From Candidatus Algichlamydia australiensis (GTDB taxonomy: Bacteria; Chlamydiota; Chlamydiia; Chlamydiales; JAJFMI01): a DNA stretch of 64,000 nucleotides. The stretch's first letter is position 1; each line of letters opens with the position of its first letter. The position numbers and the translations under genes were made by a program. Of the stretch, positions 9,466 to 19,251 are shown piece after piece. Below the pieces are notes generated by a model, which saw only the letters and a list, made by a program, of their open reading frames with translations, ran no database searches and was not told the DNA's origin. The stretch is from NCBI GenBank assembly GCA_033977065.1, contig JAXCHI010000004.1:384001-448000 (forward strand). Reading direction: 5' to 3'.

Positions 9466-10973
9466 TTTCTTCCATCTTGTTCTAGCATTTGATCAGCTGC
9501 TTTTGGTCCCCAGCTGCCCGCTTCGTAGTTAGGAAATTCTTTAGGAGTTGTCTCTGCCCAGTAATTGAGCAGGGGAGTGAAGAGTTTCCACGACTCAATC
9601 ACTTCATCCTGTCTTGCAAAAAGCGTATTATCTCCTAACATACAGTCACAAATCAATCTCTCATACGCTTCCGGTGGAGCCAAGCCAAAAAATGAGCCGT
9701 AACGAAAGTCCATCGTAACCGGTTGTACAGGACTTGCTGGTCCGGGAACTTTCGTATTAATTTTTAGCGCAATGCCCTCATTTGGTTGAATACGAATAGC
9801 AAGGACATTAGAGCCTGTCATCTTAAATAATGCACCAGGCGGATCTTTAAAAGTTACAGCAATTTCCGTGCAGCGCTTTGGAAGACGCTTGGCCCCGCGC
9901 AGGTAGAAAGGAACTCCGGACCAGCGCCAATTTTCAATTTGAAAGCGAATGGCAGCAAATGTCTCTACCTGCGAATTAGAGTTGACATTATCCTCTTCAC
10001 GATAGCCTTTGACCTCTTCGCCACCAACAAAACCTCTCCCATACTGCCCACGCACAGCATATTTCTCCATATCCTCTTGGGTAAACGGACGGATTGATTC
10101 CAAAACTTTTACCTTCTCATCATGAATTGAGGCGGGCTCTAAGTTAGCAGGAGGTTCCATTGCAACAAGAGAGAGCAGCTGCATCATGTGATTTTGCATG
10201 ATATCGCGCACTAAACCCTCTTCTTCATAGAATTTCCCACGTGTACCAATGCCTATATCTTCACTCACAGTGAATTGAACATGGTCGATGTAGCGATTGT
10301 TCCAAAGATTCTCAAAAATAGAGTTAGCAAAACGAAAGACAAGCAAATTCTGCGCTGTCTCTTTTCCAAGGTAGTGATCAATGCGGTAGAGCTGTTTTTC
10401 AGATAAATTTTTCATCAATTCATCTTGCAGAGCTAATGCTGAATCTAGATCGTGTCCAAACGGTTTTTCAATAATCACGCGTGACCATTTACTCTTCTCT
10501 TTTTTCTCATCGTAGAGAAGATTGTGCTGTTTTAATTTAGCAATGATCTTTGGAAAAAAGTTGGGTTGGGTGGAGAGGTAAAAAACGCGATTTCCCTTTG
10601 TCCCATACTGCGCATCAAGTTGCTGTAAAAACTCCCCAAACGCTTTGTATCCTTCATCATCATCAAATTCTGACTTGTGATAAAAAATCTGTTTCTGAAA
10701 GTTTCCCCAAAGATCCTCATCAATCGGCTTAACCCGTGAGTGTTTGGCAATGCCCTCTTTCATCTCATCGCGAAAAACTTCATGCGTTTTTTCACGGCGC
10801 GCAAATCCTACACAAGCAAATTGAGCGGGTAGTTGGCTCTCACGTTTCAAATTATAAATAGCTGGCATGAGCTTGCGAGCAGTTAAATCGCCCGTTGCTC
10901 CGAAGATTACAAGGATACAAGGGTCCAAGCTTTTGCTTTGCTGGCCCTCCTCCTCTAAAGGGTGGTCTATCAT
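9450..10973 (-). CDS. zwf: Glucose-6-phosphate 1-dehydrogenase
   Basis: GATGDL, EKPFG, RIDHYLGKE signature. Confidence 0.97.
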   Translation of the reverse strand: MIDHPLEEEGQQSKSLDPCILVIFGATGDLTARKLMPAIYNLKRESQLPAQFACVGFARREKTHEVFRDEMKEGIAKHSRVKPIDEDLWGNFQKQIFYHKSEFDDDEGYKAFGEFLQQLDAQYGTKGNRVFYLSTQPNFFPKIIAKLKQHNLLYDEKKEKSKWSRVIIEKPFGHDLDSALALQDELMKNLSEKQLYRIDHYLGKETAQNLLVFRFANSIFENLWNNRYIDHVQFTVSEDIGIGTRGKFYEEEGLVRDIMQNHMMQLLSLVAMEPPANLEPASIHDEKVKVLESIRPFTQEDMEKYAVRGQYGRGFVGGEEVKGYREEDNVNSNSQVETFAAIRFQIENWRWSGVPFYLRGAKRLPKRCTEIAVTFKDPPGALFKMTGSNVLAIRIQPNEGIALKINTKVPGPASPVQPVTMDFRYGSFFGLAPPEAYERLICDCMLGDNTLFARQDEVIESWKLFTPLLNYWAETTPKEFPNYEAGSWGPKAADQMLEQDGRKWRMI

Positions 10974-11106
10974 AGCCCCTTTTTACCTTCTGTAAGGGAT
11001 TAGTTTCAAGTGATATAGGAACCTTTTAAATAAGCGAAAATTACAATTAACATTTAATTAATATTGTGGTATAATATTATTAATTATATTTTATTTTATA
11101 TTAATT

Positions 11107-12516
11107 ATGAGTTTAGAATTAAGTCTTTGTGGAACAAAACGACCAGCAATAGCAGATATTTCTCCTGCTCCTAAAAAAGAAAAAAACGATTTTTTGAAGC
11201 GAATATCTGCTCTTGTAGCAACGGGAATTACACGGATCGAAGAACTTAGGGGAGAGAGAATGCCTCTTAACCAAAAAACCATTTTTCAAATTTTAAGCAG
11301 GCCCTGCGTTGATAAATTTGGCCCTGAACTAGCATGGATGAATACAAATGCGACAAATCTATGGGAGCTCTTTGAAGAGGTTCTTATCGATCAAAATCGA
11401 GAAGTTGCGTTGTTTATGGTGAACAGCAGCAACACTATACAAACTGCGATTAGCTCAGAGATTTCAAAAGGAAATCAGGAATTGTTGGATTTATTTATAA
11501 AAATGAAGTTTTTTCCGATTGATTCGGTTAATTCTAGAATCACTTTACTCCACTCTGCAGCTACATGTGATGAAACAGAAGGAGTAAAAAAACTTCTTGA
11601 ACAAGGTTTTGATATCAACGCGAAAGACGAACGGGGAGAAACAGTTCTTCACTATGCAGTAAAATCATGCCAATTAAACACAATACAAGTCTTGATCAGC
11701 TCTCTACCGGAACTCGACATCAACGCAGCTGATATTGACGGAAATACTGCTCTTCATATGGCTGTTTTTGGAAGAGATTTTCAAACTATTAAAGATCTAC
11801 TTCGCCACGGTGCAGATCCATCACGTTTCAATAAAAAGGGAGAATCTCCACTTTTTCTGGCGATAAAAAACCAAGATAGACAACTAATGGAGGCGCTTTT
11901 TCACAGCGGTGACGAAAGAATTTTAGTAAGCCGCTCTGATGATCTGATGACTCCTACTCAATATGCGGTCTTAGTTAGATCTCTTCCTGCGCTTGTTTTT
12001 CTAAATGATTATGGTCTGGTTGATCTCTCTTCTTGCCAAAGTGGATGCGACCCTCTTTATCAACTTCTGATAAGCGATTATTTTTCAGAAGAGTCATTTT
12101 TTCATCTTTGGGATGGCAAGTTTGACTTAACAAAAAAAATGCCTGTGAGTTGGAATGATGAAGAGGAGACAACCTATTTGCATCAAATTGTTAAAAGGCG
12201 ATTTACCAAAGTTTTGGAGCTCTTCTCTATGGAGAGCAAAAAGTCAAAACCGCTCTTAAATTACCTGGCAAGGCGAGAATTAGGAGAAAAAAACGCATTT
12301 AATCTTGTAAATCCGTTTTCAATTCGAAATGAGTGGGGAGATACCCTTCTACATACAGCAGTGCGTACTCGTGACAAAGCAACAATCGAAGTGGTTCTTC
12401 GAGCTAATAGAGATTCTGCTTTTGTAAAAAACTCTCGTAGGAAGAGGCCTACTGATCTATTGGGTCGAAACTATGAGGAGCTGAAAAGTTGGCTTCAAGC
12501 CAAGATTGAAGGATGA
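11107..12516 (+). CDS. Ankyrin-repeat protein, putative effector
   Basis: Multiple GxTxLHxA repeats (GETVLHYAV, GNTALHMAV, GESPLFLAI, GDTLLHTAV). Confidence 0.9.
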   Translation: MSLELSLCGTKRPAIADISPAPKKEKNDFLKRISALVATGITRIEELRGERMPLNQKTIFQILSRPCVDKFGPELAWMNTNATNLWELFEEVLIDQNREVALFMVNSSNTIQTAISSEISKGNQELLDLFIKMKFFPIDSVNSRITLLHSAATCDETEGVKKLLEQGFDINAKDERGETVLHYAVKSCQLNTIQVLISSLPELDINAADIDGNTALHMAVFGRDFQTIKDLLRHGADPSRFNKKGESPLFLAIKNQDRQLMEALFHSGDERILVSRSDDLMTPTQYAVLVRSLPALVFLNDYGLVDLSSCQSGCDPLYQLLISDYFSEESFFHLWDGKFDLTKKMPVSWNDEEETTYLHQIVKRRFTKVLELFSMESKKSKPLLNYLARRELGEKNAFNLVNPFSIRNEWGDTLLHTAVRTRDKATIEVVLRANRDSAFVKNSRRKRPTDLLGRNYEELKSWLQAKIEG

Positions 12517-12892
12517 CAACAGCACTAAGCGCGTCTACGTTTTGCGCGCGCTTTTTGCGATTGATTCCGGCACGCCCCATCTCTTTTTCTACAAGAGTTG
12601 AGGTTAAGCGCTCATCAATAAGATGAACTCTCTTTCCTGAAACTTCCTCTAAAAGTTTTGCAAACAGGCGCACCTCTTTGGACATCTCGCTCTCATTTCC
12701 TGAGAGATGGAGAGGTAGACCAACAACAAAAGCTTCAAAAGGATCTTCAAGAGAAGAAAGAATTTTTTGAATCGAATCCTTATGCTCCTTTTCTGCTTTG
12801 ATTGTAGGAAGAGGGGACGCAAGAATCCCCATTGGATCGGATTTGGCAATCCCAATTCGCGCTCTGCCGTAGTCAATGCCAATGTATCTCAT
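12449..12892 (-). CDS. ruvX: YqgF/RuvX pre-16S rRNA processing nuclease
   Basis: IGIDYGRARIGIA, VVGLP, DERLTS, VDALSAVVILQ. Confidence 0.93.
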   Translation of the reverse strand: MRYIGIDYGRARIGIAKSDPMGILASPLPTIKAEKEHKDSIQKILSSLEDPFEAFVVGLPLHLSGNESEMSKEVRLFAKLLEEVSGKRVHLIDERLTSTLVEKEMGRAGINRKKRAQNVDALSAVVILQSWLEANFSAPHSFDPIDQ

Positions 12893-12939
12893 GGCAAAAA
12901 GTCTAACACACTTATCAATTTTTTGCTACAATTCGCAAT

Positions 12940-14508
12940 ATGGGTACATTTGAGAATCAAAGAAAAGAGTATAAACCTACTCTTCCTGCAGTATTAAAAA
13001 ATTTAAAAGAGCTTCACTTCAAAGAGGTCATGAATGTCGACCACGACGAAGAGATTAAAGAGCGTTTCCCACTCAGTAGCCATGATGCCCTTTTAAGGGC
13101 AGAGGTGGGTGATGAGACCAAAACAAAAAGTTTAAAAGTTGGAGTAGTCTTTTCAGGTGGTCAAGCATCAGGAGGACACAATGTGATCACGGGTCTCTTT
13201 GATGGTCTTAAGAAATTGAATGAGAACTCTGAACTCATCGGATTTTTAGGTGGTCCCAGCGGTATCATAGAAAATCGCACAAAAAAGTTAGATGAGGAGT
13301 TGCTTCAAGAATTTCGCAATATGGGCGGATTTGACCTCATTGGATCGGGGCGCACAAAAATTGAAACAGATGAGCAGTTTGCCAGCTCCCTTGAAACAGT
13401 TAAAAAGCTAGAACTCAATGGCCTTGTGATTATTGGCGGTGATGACTCCAATACGAATGCAGCCCTACTTGATGAGTATCTTCGCAAACATGAAATCGAT
13501 TGCAAGGTTGTGGGTGTGCCCAAAACCATCGATGGCGATCTGCAAAATGAGTGGGTCCAGATCTCTTTTGGATTTGATAGTGCCTGCCGCGTCTACAGTG
13601 AGATGATTGGCAATATTGAGCGCGATTGCCTCTCTGCAAAAAAGTATACGCACTTTGTAAAATTGATGGGACGCTCCGCTTCTCATATCGCTTTGGAATG
13701 TGCGCTTGCTACACAACCTAATAAAACCATTATTGGAGAAGAGGTAGCACGAGATGAAAAGACACTTTCGCAAATCACCTACGAAATCGCCTCCCTCATT
13801 GAAAAGCGCTCAGCCAAAGGCAAAGACTATGGCGTCATCCTTATCCCAGAAGGTCTCATTGAGTTTATCCCAGAAGTTAAGGCTCTTATTGCAGAGATCA
13901 ATAAATTGATCGCCTCAGGGGAGCAAAATCCGGAAACCAAACTTTCTGAAAAGTGCCAAGCTACTTTTTCCTACCTTCCGGAGCGCATCCAGAAACAGCT
14001 TCTGTTAGAGCGTGATCCTCATGGTAATGTGCAAGTCTCTAAGATCGACACACAAGAACTTTTAATTGAAACCGTTACTAATGAAATAAAAAAACATCGC
14101 GATTTTAAAGGAAAATTTAACCCTGTAAGTCATTTTTTTGGCTACGAGGGCCGCGCAGGCTATCCCACGAACTTTGATGCAACTTATTGCTATGCATTGG
14201 GGCAGACAGCCGCTCTTTTAATCGAGGAGGGTCACTCTGGTTTTATGGCGGCACTTGGCGGGTTGACCAAACCTCCAGAGGAGTGGGAACCTCTTGGAGT
14301 CCCTATCACAAGCTTAATGCACTTTGAAATGCGAAAAGGCAAAAGAAAACCTGTAATCTCAAAAGCATTGGTTGATCTTTCAGGAAAAGCCTTCCGCCGC
14401 TTTGCAGAAAAACGCTCTGAGTGGGCGATGAACGACGCGTATCTTTTTCCTGGGCCGACACAGTATAGCGGTGATGAGACCCTTTTGCCGCCCCACATTA
14501 TCGAATAA
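12940..14508 (+). CDS. pfp: Pyrophosphate-dependent phosphofructokinase
   Basis: SGGQASGG, GGDDSNT, PKTIDGDL, MGRSASH. Confidence 0.95.
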   Translation: MGTFENQRKEYKPTLPAVLKNLKELHFKEVMNVDHDEEIKERFPLSSHDALLRAEVGDETKTKSLKVGVVFSGGQASGGHNVITGLFDGLKKLNENSELIGFLGGPSGIIENRTKKLDEELLQEFRNMGGFDLIGSGRTKIETDEQFASSLETVKKLELNGLVIIGGDDSNTNAALLDEYLRKHEIDCKVVGVPKTIDGDLQNEWVQISFGFDSACRVYSEMIGNIERDCLSAKKYTHFVKLMGRSASHIALECALATQPNKTIIGEEVARDEKTLSQITYEIASLIEKRSAKGKDYGVILIPEGLIEFIPEVKALIAEINKLIASGEQNPETKLSEKCQATFSYLPERIQKQLLLERDPHGNVQVSKIDTQELLIETVTNEIKKHRDFKGKFNPVSHFFGYEGRAGYPTNFDATYCYALGQTAALLIEEGHSGFMAALGGLTKPPEEWEPLGVPITSLMHFEMRKGKRKPVISKALVDLSGKAFRRFAEKRSEWAMNDAYLFPGPTQYSGDETLLPPHIIE

Positions 14509-14509
14509 A

Positions 14510-15127
14510 ATGTTGACTTTCTTACGATACCGCTTAGGAGAGCTTGTGCGCGAAAGACAAATTCGCAAGCTCTATCCGGAGCTACCTGCATTTGCAGCAC
14601 TTGATCGCAAACTCAAACGCGCCTACCGCTATCGCAACTCCTTTGCAATTGCGCGCAAATTCCACGGCACCCCCTGCTATGGCGAAACCCCATTGCCCAT
14701 CCTAAAAAATATTGCAAAGAGGTGTGGCTTGAAAAAAGAGGATCATCTTTTTGAATTAGGAGCGGGGAGGGGACGCGGCGCTTTTTTCATAAACTCCCTG
14801 ACTGGCTGTCAGGTCACGGCAGTGGAAATTGTTCCCACGTTTGTAGAGATTGGGAAAGAGCTTGCCCCCTCATCTGTTAACTTTATCCAAGAAGACTTTC
14901 TTGACTGCGACTTTTCGGAAGCGACCTGTATCTATCTGTCAGGGACTATGCTTACGCGAGATACTATCCGTAGACTTTGCAAAAAACTACAAAATAGCAA
15001 AGCAAAAATTATCTCTGTGAGTTATCCGTTAAAAGCTTACGACTCTCGCTTTACAACCTTGAGCAGTTGGGAAGAAAAATTTCCTTGGGGTAAAACAAAA
15101 CTCTATCTTCAAAAATCCTCTACTTGA
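14510..15127 (+). CDS. Class I SAM-dependent methyltransferase
   Basis: YGETP and ELGAGRG motif I; start placed at the ATG just after the pfp stop. Confidence 0.8.
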   Translation: MLTFLRYRLGELVRERQIRKLYPELPAFAALDRKLKRAYRYRNSFAIARKFHGTPCYGETPLPILKNIAKRCGLKKEDHLFELGAGRGRGAFFINSLTGCQVTAVEIVPTFVEIGKELAPSSVNFIQEDFLDCDFSEATCIYLSGTMLTRDTIRRLCKKLQNSKAKIISVSYPLKAYDSRFTTLSSWEEKFPWGKTKLYLQKSST

Positions 15128-15139
15128 TACTTTTTAATT

Positions 15140-15787
15140 ATGGCGAAAGTAGCAGTAATTCTCTCAGGTTGTGGGTATCTTGATGGAGCGGAGATCCATG
15201 AGTCTGTTCTCTCCCTTCTTGTTTTGGAACAGAAAGGGCATACCTACCAATGTTTTGCACCTGATATTGTGCAAAAAAAAGTAATCAATCACCTTACTCA
15301 AGAGGAGGTGCTGGGGCAAAAGCGCAATGTCTTAGAAGAGTCGGCGCGCATTGCACGGGGCAGAGTTCTGCCTCTTGCCGATTTAAAGGCGGACAGTTTT
15401 GATGCGGTGATGTTTCCTGGTGGATTTGGTGCAGCGCTGAACTTAAGCGACTTTGCTGAATTGCAAGAGAGTTGCTCGCTGCATCCAGATGTAAAAGTTT
15501 TATTGCATCAGTTTCACGAAGAGAAAAAGCCTATTTTAGCTACATGCATTAGTCCAGCTCTGCTTGCGCGTGCATTTTCAGGAAAACAAGAACTAAAAAT
15601 GACTTTGGGTAGCGATCCGAGCAGTTGTGAGCTTCTTAAGAGGATGGGGATGAAGGCAGAGAGAAAAAAGATAGATGAGGCATGCTTTGATGAGGCCAAC
15701 CGTATCTACACAACTCCTTGCTACATGGAGCCAGATGATCTAACCGGCTTGTACAAGGGTATTTGCTTAATCGTAGACAAACTCTAA
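15140..15787 (+). CDS. elbB: ElbB / DJ-1-PfpI family glyoxalase
   Basis: VILSGCGYLDGAEIHE, ESARIARG, PGGFGAA, CISP. Confidence 0.9.
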   Translation: MAKVAVILSGCGYLDGAEIHESVLSLLVLEQKGHTYQCFAPDIVQKKVINHLTQEEVLGQKRNVLEESARIARGRVLPLADLKADSFDAVMFPGGFGAALNLSDFAELQESCSLHPDVKVLLHQFHEEKKPILATCISPALLARAFSGKQELKMTLGSDPSSCELLKRMGMKAERKKIDEACFDEANRIYTTPCYMEPDDLTGLYKGICLIVDKL

Positions 15788-16051
15788 ATAGTTTGTTTTC
15801 TAATCTCAATTTTTTCGCAAAAATTGGGAGTTGAATTTTGCAAGTGGTTAAATATCAGAAAGATCAATAGAAAAGCAATTTTTGCAACCACCAAACTCTT
15901 CGACAGGGTCGTCTTCACCGACCATTTTGCAAGGTGTACAACCAAGAAATAATAGAAAAAATAGGGCTAATCGCTTCATGTCTTCTACATAGCTTTTATT
16001 TGGATTTAATTAAAGATTTGTCGGTTGATTGCGGTTGAAGAAATCGTTACA

Positions 16052-17665
16052 ATGGTTGCTATGCGTAGGAAAACAAGAGAAATTTTAGTAGGCAATGTGG
16101 GTGTTGGAGGGGGGAATCCTGTCCGCATTCAGTCGATGACAACCTCCCCAACAGATGATGTTAAGGCGACTGTTGATCAAATTTTGCGTCTTGAGGAGGT
16201 AGGCTGTGAGATTGCGCGGGTCACTGTCCAAGGGAAGAAGGAGGCGCGAGCTTGCGAGAATATTAAAAATTCTTTAATTCAAAAGGGGTCTCGTATCCCT
16301 CTTGTTGCAGACATCCATTTCTATCCTCCAGCTGCGATGCTAGTTGCGGACTTTGTTGATAAGGTGCGTGTCAATCCGGGTAACTATCTCGATCGGCGTG
16401 CTACATTTAGAAACGACGCGGCATTTGATGATCAAGCATATATCGAAGAGGGGTTTTCTCCGCTGGTTTTAAAGTGCAAGAGTTTGGGGCGTGCAATGCG
16501 AATTGGCACAAATCACGGCTCTTTATCTGATCGCATTATGTGTAAATATGGCGATACTCCTCAAGGAATGGTGGAGTCAGCTATCGAATATGCAAAGGTC
16601 TGCCGCACGCATGACTATCATAATTTTCTTTTTTCAATGAAATCCTCAAATCCTCTGATAATGATTCAGGCGTATCGTCTGTTGGTACAGAGAATGGATG
16701 AGCTAAGTTGGGATTATCCTCTCCATCTGGGCGTAACTGAAGCTGGTGATGGTGAAAATGGACGTATCAAGTCTGCTGTTGGAATTGGCGCGCTGCTTTT
16801 AGAAGGTCTAGGTGACACAATTCGTGTTTCTCTTACCGAAGATCCTTGGTTAGAGATCGATTCCTGCAAACGGCTTCGCGATTTTGCAGAAAAATCGGAA
16901 AAAAGACGCGCAAAGTGGGGTGAGATTCCTGTTCGTCAAAAATTAGAGGATCCCTACCTCCATCCTGATGGCTCCGTGGTTGCGCATGTTTCAAAAGAAG
17001 ATTTAGAACGCCCCGACTTTTTTGAAGCGATTGGGTGTGATCTCTATCTAGGGCGGCCGCAGAAAGGAGAGTTTTGTGCAGATGCGATCTATGTTGAAAA
17101 GATTGATAAGGAGAAAAAGACGTTGCTTGAGACAGCAGGTATTGGCGTTTTTACGACTCCTCACCCTGCGATTTTGCACTACGCCTCTGACGTCTCTTAT
17201 GAGGATTTGCTAATTCAAGCAAGCGCGAAAGTGGGCGCTATTTTAGCTGATGGCATTGGACATGGAGTCTGTATTGAAGGCTCTTATCCTCTCGAAAAAA
17301 AGATCGATTTTTCTTTTAAACTCTTGCAAGCGTGCCGGATGCGCGCCACTAAGACAGAATTTATCTCTTGCCCAAGTTGTGGAAGGACACTTTTTGACTT
17401 GCAGGAAGTGACACAGAAGATTCGCGAGCGTACAGACCACTTGCCAGGTGTAAAAATTGCAATTATGGGCTGTATTGTCAACGGTCCTGGTGAGATGGCA
17501 GATGCGCACTTTGGCTATGTTGGCTCCGGTAAAGGAAAAATTGATCTCTATGTGGGTAAAGAGCGTGTAGAGAAGGGGATTCCAGAAGGAGAGGCTGTGG
17601 ATAGACTGATTGCTCTGATCCAATCGCATGGAATGTGGGTGGAACCCCTTGTATTAAATTCTTGA
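16052..17665 (+). CDS. ispG: 4-hydroxy-3-methylbut-2-en-1-yl diphosphate synthase, long form with an internal insert
   Basis: QSMTT, PLVADIHF, RIGTNHGSLS, LHLGVTEAG, CPSCGR...MGCIVNGPGE Fe-S ligands. Confidence 0.96.
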   Translation: MVAMRRKTREILVGNVGVGGGNPVRIQSMTTSPTDDVKATVDQILRLEEVGCEIARVTVQGKKEARACENIKNSLIQKGSRIPLVADIHFYPPAAMLVADFVDKVRVNPGNYLDRRATFRNDAAFDDQAYIEEGFSPLVLKCKSLGRAMRIGTNHGSLSDRIMCKYGDTPQGMVESAIEYAKVCRTHDYHNFLFSMKSSNPLIMIQAYRLLVQRMDELSWDYPLHLGVTEAGDGENGRIKSAVGIGALLLEGLGDTIRVSLTEDPWLEIDSCKRLRDFAEKSEKRRAKWGEIPVRQKLEDPYLHPDGSVVAHVSKEDLERPDFFEAIGCDLYLGRPQKGEFCADAIYVEKIDKEKKTLLETAGIGVFTTPHPAILHYASDVSYEDLLIQASAKVGAILADGIGHGVCIEGSYPLEKKIDFSFKLLQACRMRATKTEFISCPSCGRTLFDLQEVTQKIRERTDHLPGVKIAIMGCIVNGPGEMADAHFGYVGSGKGKIDLYVGKERVEKGIPEGEAVDRLIALIQSHGMWVEPLVLNS

Positions 17666-17695
17666 AAATCGCAACTTTGGGAAAAAGGAGTTCCC

Positions 17696-17875
17696 ATGAG
17701 TAGTGAAGTTTCAGGTGCAGGTGGCTCGCAAGGCCCACAAAATATTAATCAAAACGAAGAGCTGTCCAACAACCAACCTGTTGGAACTAAGGAGGCTGCA
17801 ACTGCTGCCACAGTTATTGGATCAGCAATTGATGCTTTTATTGCTCCAATGATGGAAGCAAAAGAACAATTATAA
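17696..17875 (+). CDS. Small hypothetical protein (59 aa), not in the ORF track
   Basis: AAGGAG SD 5 nt before ATG; MSSEVSGAGGSQGPQNINQNEELSNNQPVGTKEAATAATVIGSAIDAFIAPMMEAKEQL*. Confidence 0.6.
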   Translation: MSSEVSGAGGSQGPQNINQNEELSNNQPVGTKEAATAATVIGSAIDAFIAPMMEAKEQL

Positions 17876-18003
17876 TAAGTTTTATGTTATTGTAATTATG
17901 TAGGGGTTGTAAGAACTACTTGTTTAGTTCCGCTCTGGTTGACCCGTCTTCTAATTAGAAGCGTGATTGGAATTTTCTTTCCTATCTATTTTTGCTAGAG
18001 TAA

Positions 18004-19251
18004 TTAAGAACTTCCCCTACGCTTTTTTCTAAAATATTCCACTCTTTTTTTCATCTCTCGCTCAAAGCCGCGTTCCACAGGTTCGTAGTAATTTTCGCCT
18101 TTTATTTCGTCTGGAAAATAGTTTTGCCCCGAGCAGCCGGAAGCGGTATCGTGATCATACTCATATCCTTTTCCATACCCAAGATCTTTCATGGTTCTAG
18201 TTGGTGCGTTCAAAATGTGTTTTGGGGGATTGAGATGAGAGGTCTCTTGGGCAGCTTGTTTTGCTTTGTTTAAGGCAATGTAGAGTCTATTGCTTTTGGG
18301 AGCAAGTGCGAGATAGACGGTAAGCTCTGCAAGGGCAAGTTCCCCTTCTTTGGGTCCTAGTTTTTCATAAATATCCCAGCAGGATGTGGCAAGTGATGAA
18401 GCCTGCGGGTCCGCTAAGCCAATATCTTCAAGTGCCATTCGAGCAAGACGTCTCAAAATATAGCGAGGATCTTCACCAGCAATCAACATTCGCGAAAGGT
18501 AGTAGAGGGCGGCATCTGGATCTGAACCTCTCACGCTTTTGTGAAGAGCGGAGATGAGATTGAAGTGTCCGTCGCTTTTGCGATCGTAAAGAGGAGCGCG
18601 TTTTTGAATCAGCTGCTGAAGTTCTGTTAAATCGATCTCTTTGCTGCCTCCATAGGTCAAAATATTTTCAACCATATTGAGTAAATGGCGCGCATCACCT
18701 CCAGCACAACTGAGCAGTGCACTCTGCGCTTCCGGGGTAAGAGAGAGGGGAATTTTTGATAAGATTTGGGAGAGTGCGTCTTCAGCAAGAGGCTTGAGTT
18801 CGACAACTTGTAATCGGGAGAGGAGCGCGTTATTGAGAACAAAAGAGGGGTTTTCAGTTGTAGCCGCAACAAGGGTAATCGTGCCATCTTCTAAATAGGG
18901 TAAAAAGAGATCTTGCTGCGCTTTATTGAAACGGTGGATCTCATCCACAAAAAGAATCGATTGGCTAGAGAGTAGAGGTTGGCTCTTTTTTTCTGCTATA
19001 TGTTTTTTGAGGTCAGCAACCCCATGAAAGAGGGGAGTAAATGAGTGAAGGTCGCAACCGAGCGTTTTTGCGTAGAGTTTTGCTAAGGTAGTTTTGCCAC
19101 ACCCAGGCGGTCCCCAAAGAAGCAGAGAAATGGGCTTTTTCGTTGAAAAAATGCGATGAATGAGCCCTGTTTCTCCCGTAAGATGCTCCTGGCCAACAAG
19201 ATCTTCAATTGAGCTAGGTCGCATGCGATCAGCTAATGGGGAATTACTCAT
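18004..19251 (-). CDS. rarA: Replication-associated recombination protein A (MgsA/RarA)
   Basis: PLADRMRP, GPPGCGKT, DEIHRFNKAQQD, ATTENP, SALHKSVRGSDPDAA. Confidence 0.95.
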   Translation of the reverse strand: MSNSPLADRMRPSSIEDLVGQEHLTGETGLIHRIFSTKKPISLLLWGPPGCGKTTLAKLYAKTLGCDLHSFTPLFHGVADLKKHIAEKKSQPLLSSQSILFVDEIHRFNKAQQDLFLPYLEDGTITLVAATTENPSFVLNNALLSRLQVVELKPLAEDALSQILSKIPLSLTPEAQSALLSCAGGDARHLLNMVENILTYGGSKEIDLTELQQLIQKRAPLYDRKSDGHFNLISALHKSVRGSDPDAALYYLSRMLIAGEDPRYILRRLARMALEDIGLADPQASSLATSCWDIYEKLGPKEGELALAELTVYLALAPKSNRLYIALNKAKQAAQETSHLNPPKHILNAPTRTMKDLGYGKGYEYDHDTASGCSGQNYFPDEIKGENYYEPVERGFEREMKKRVEYFRKKRRGSS

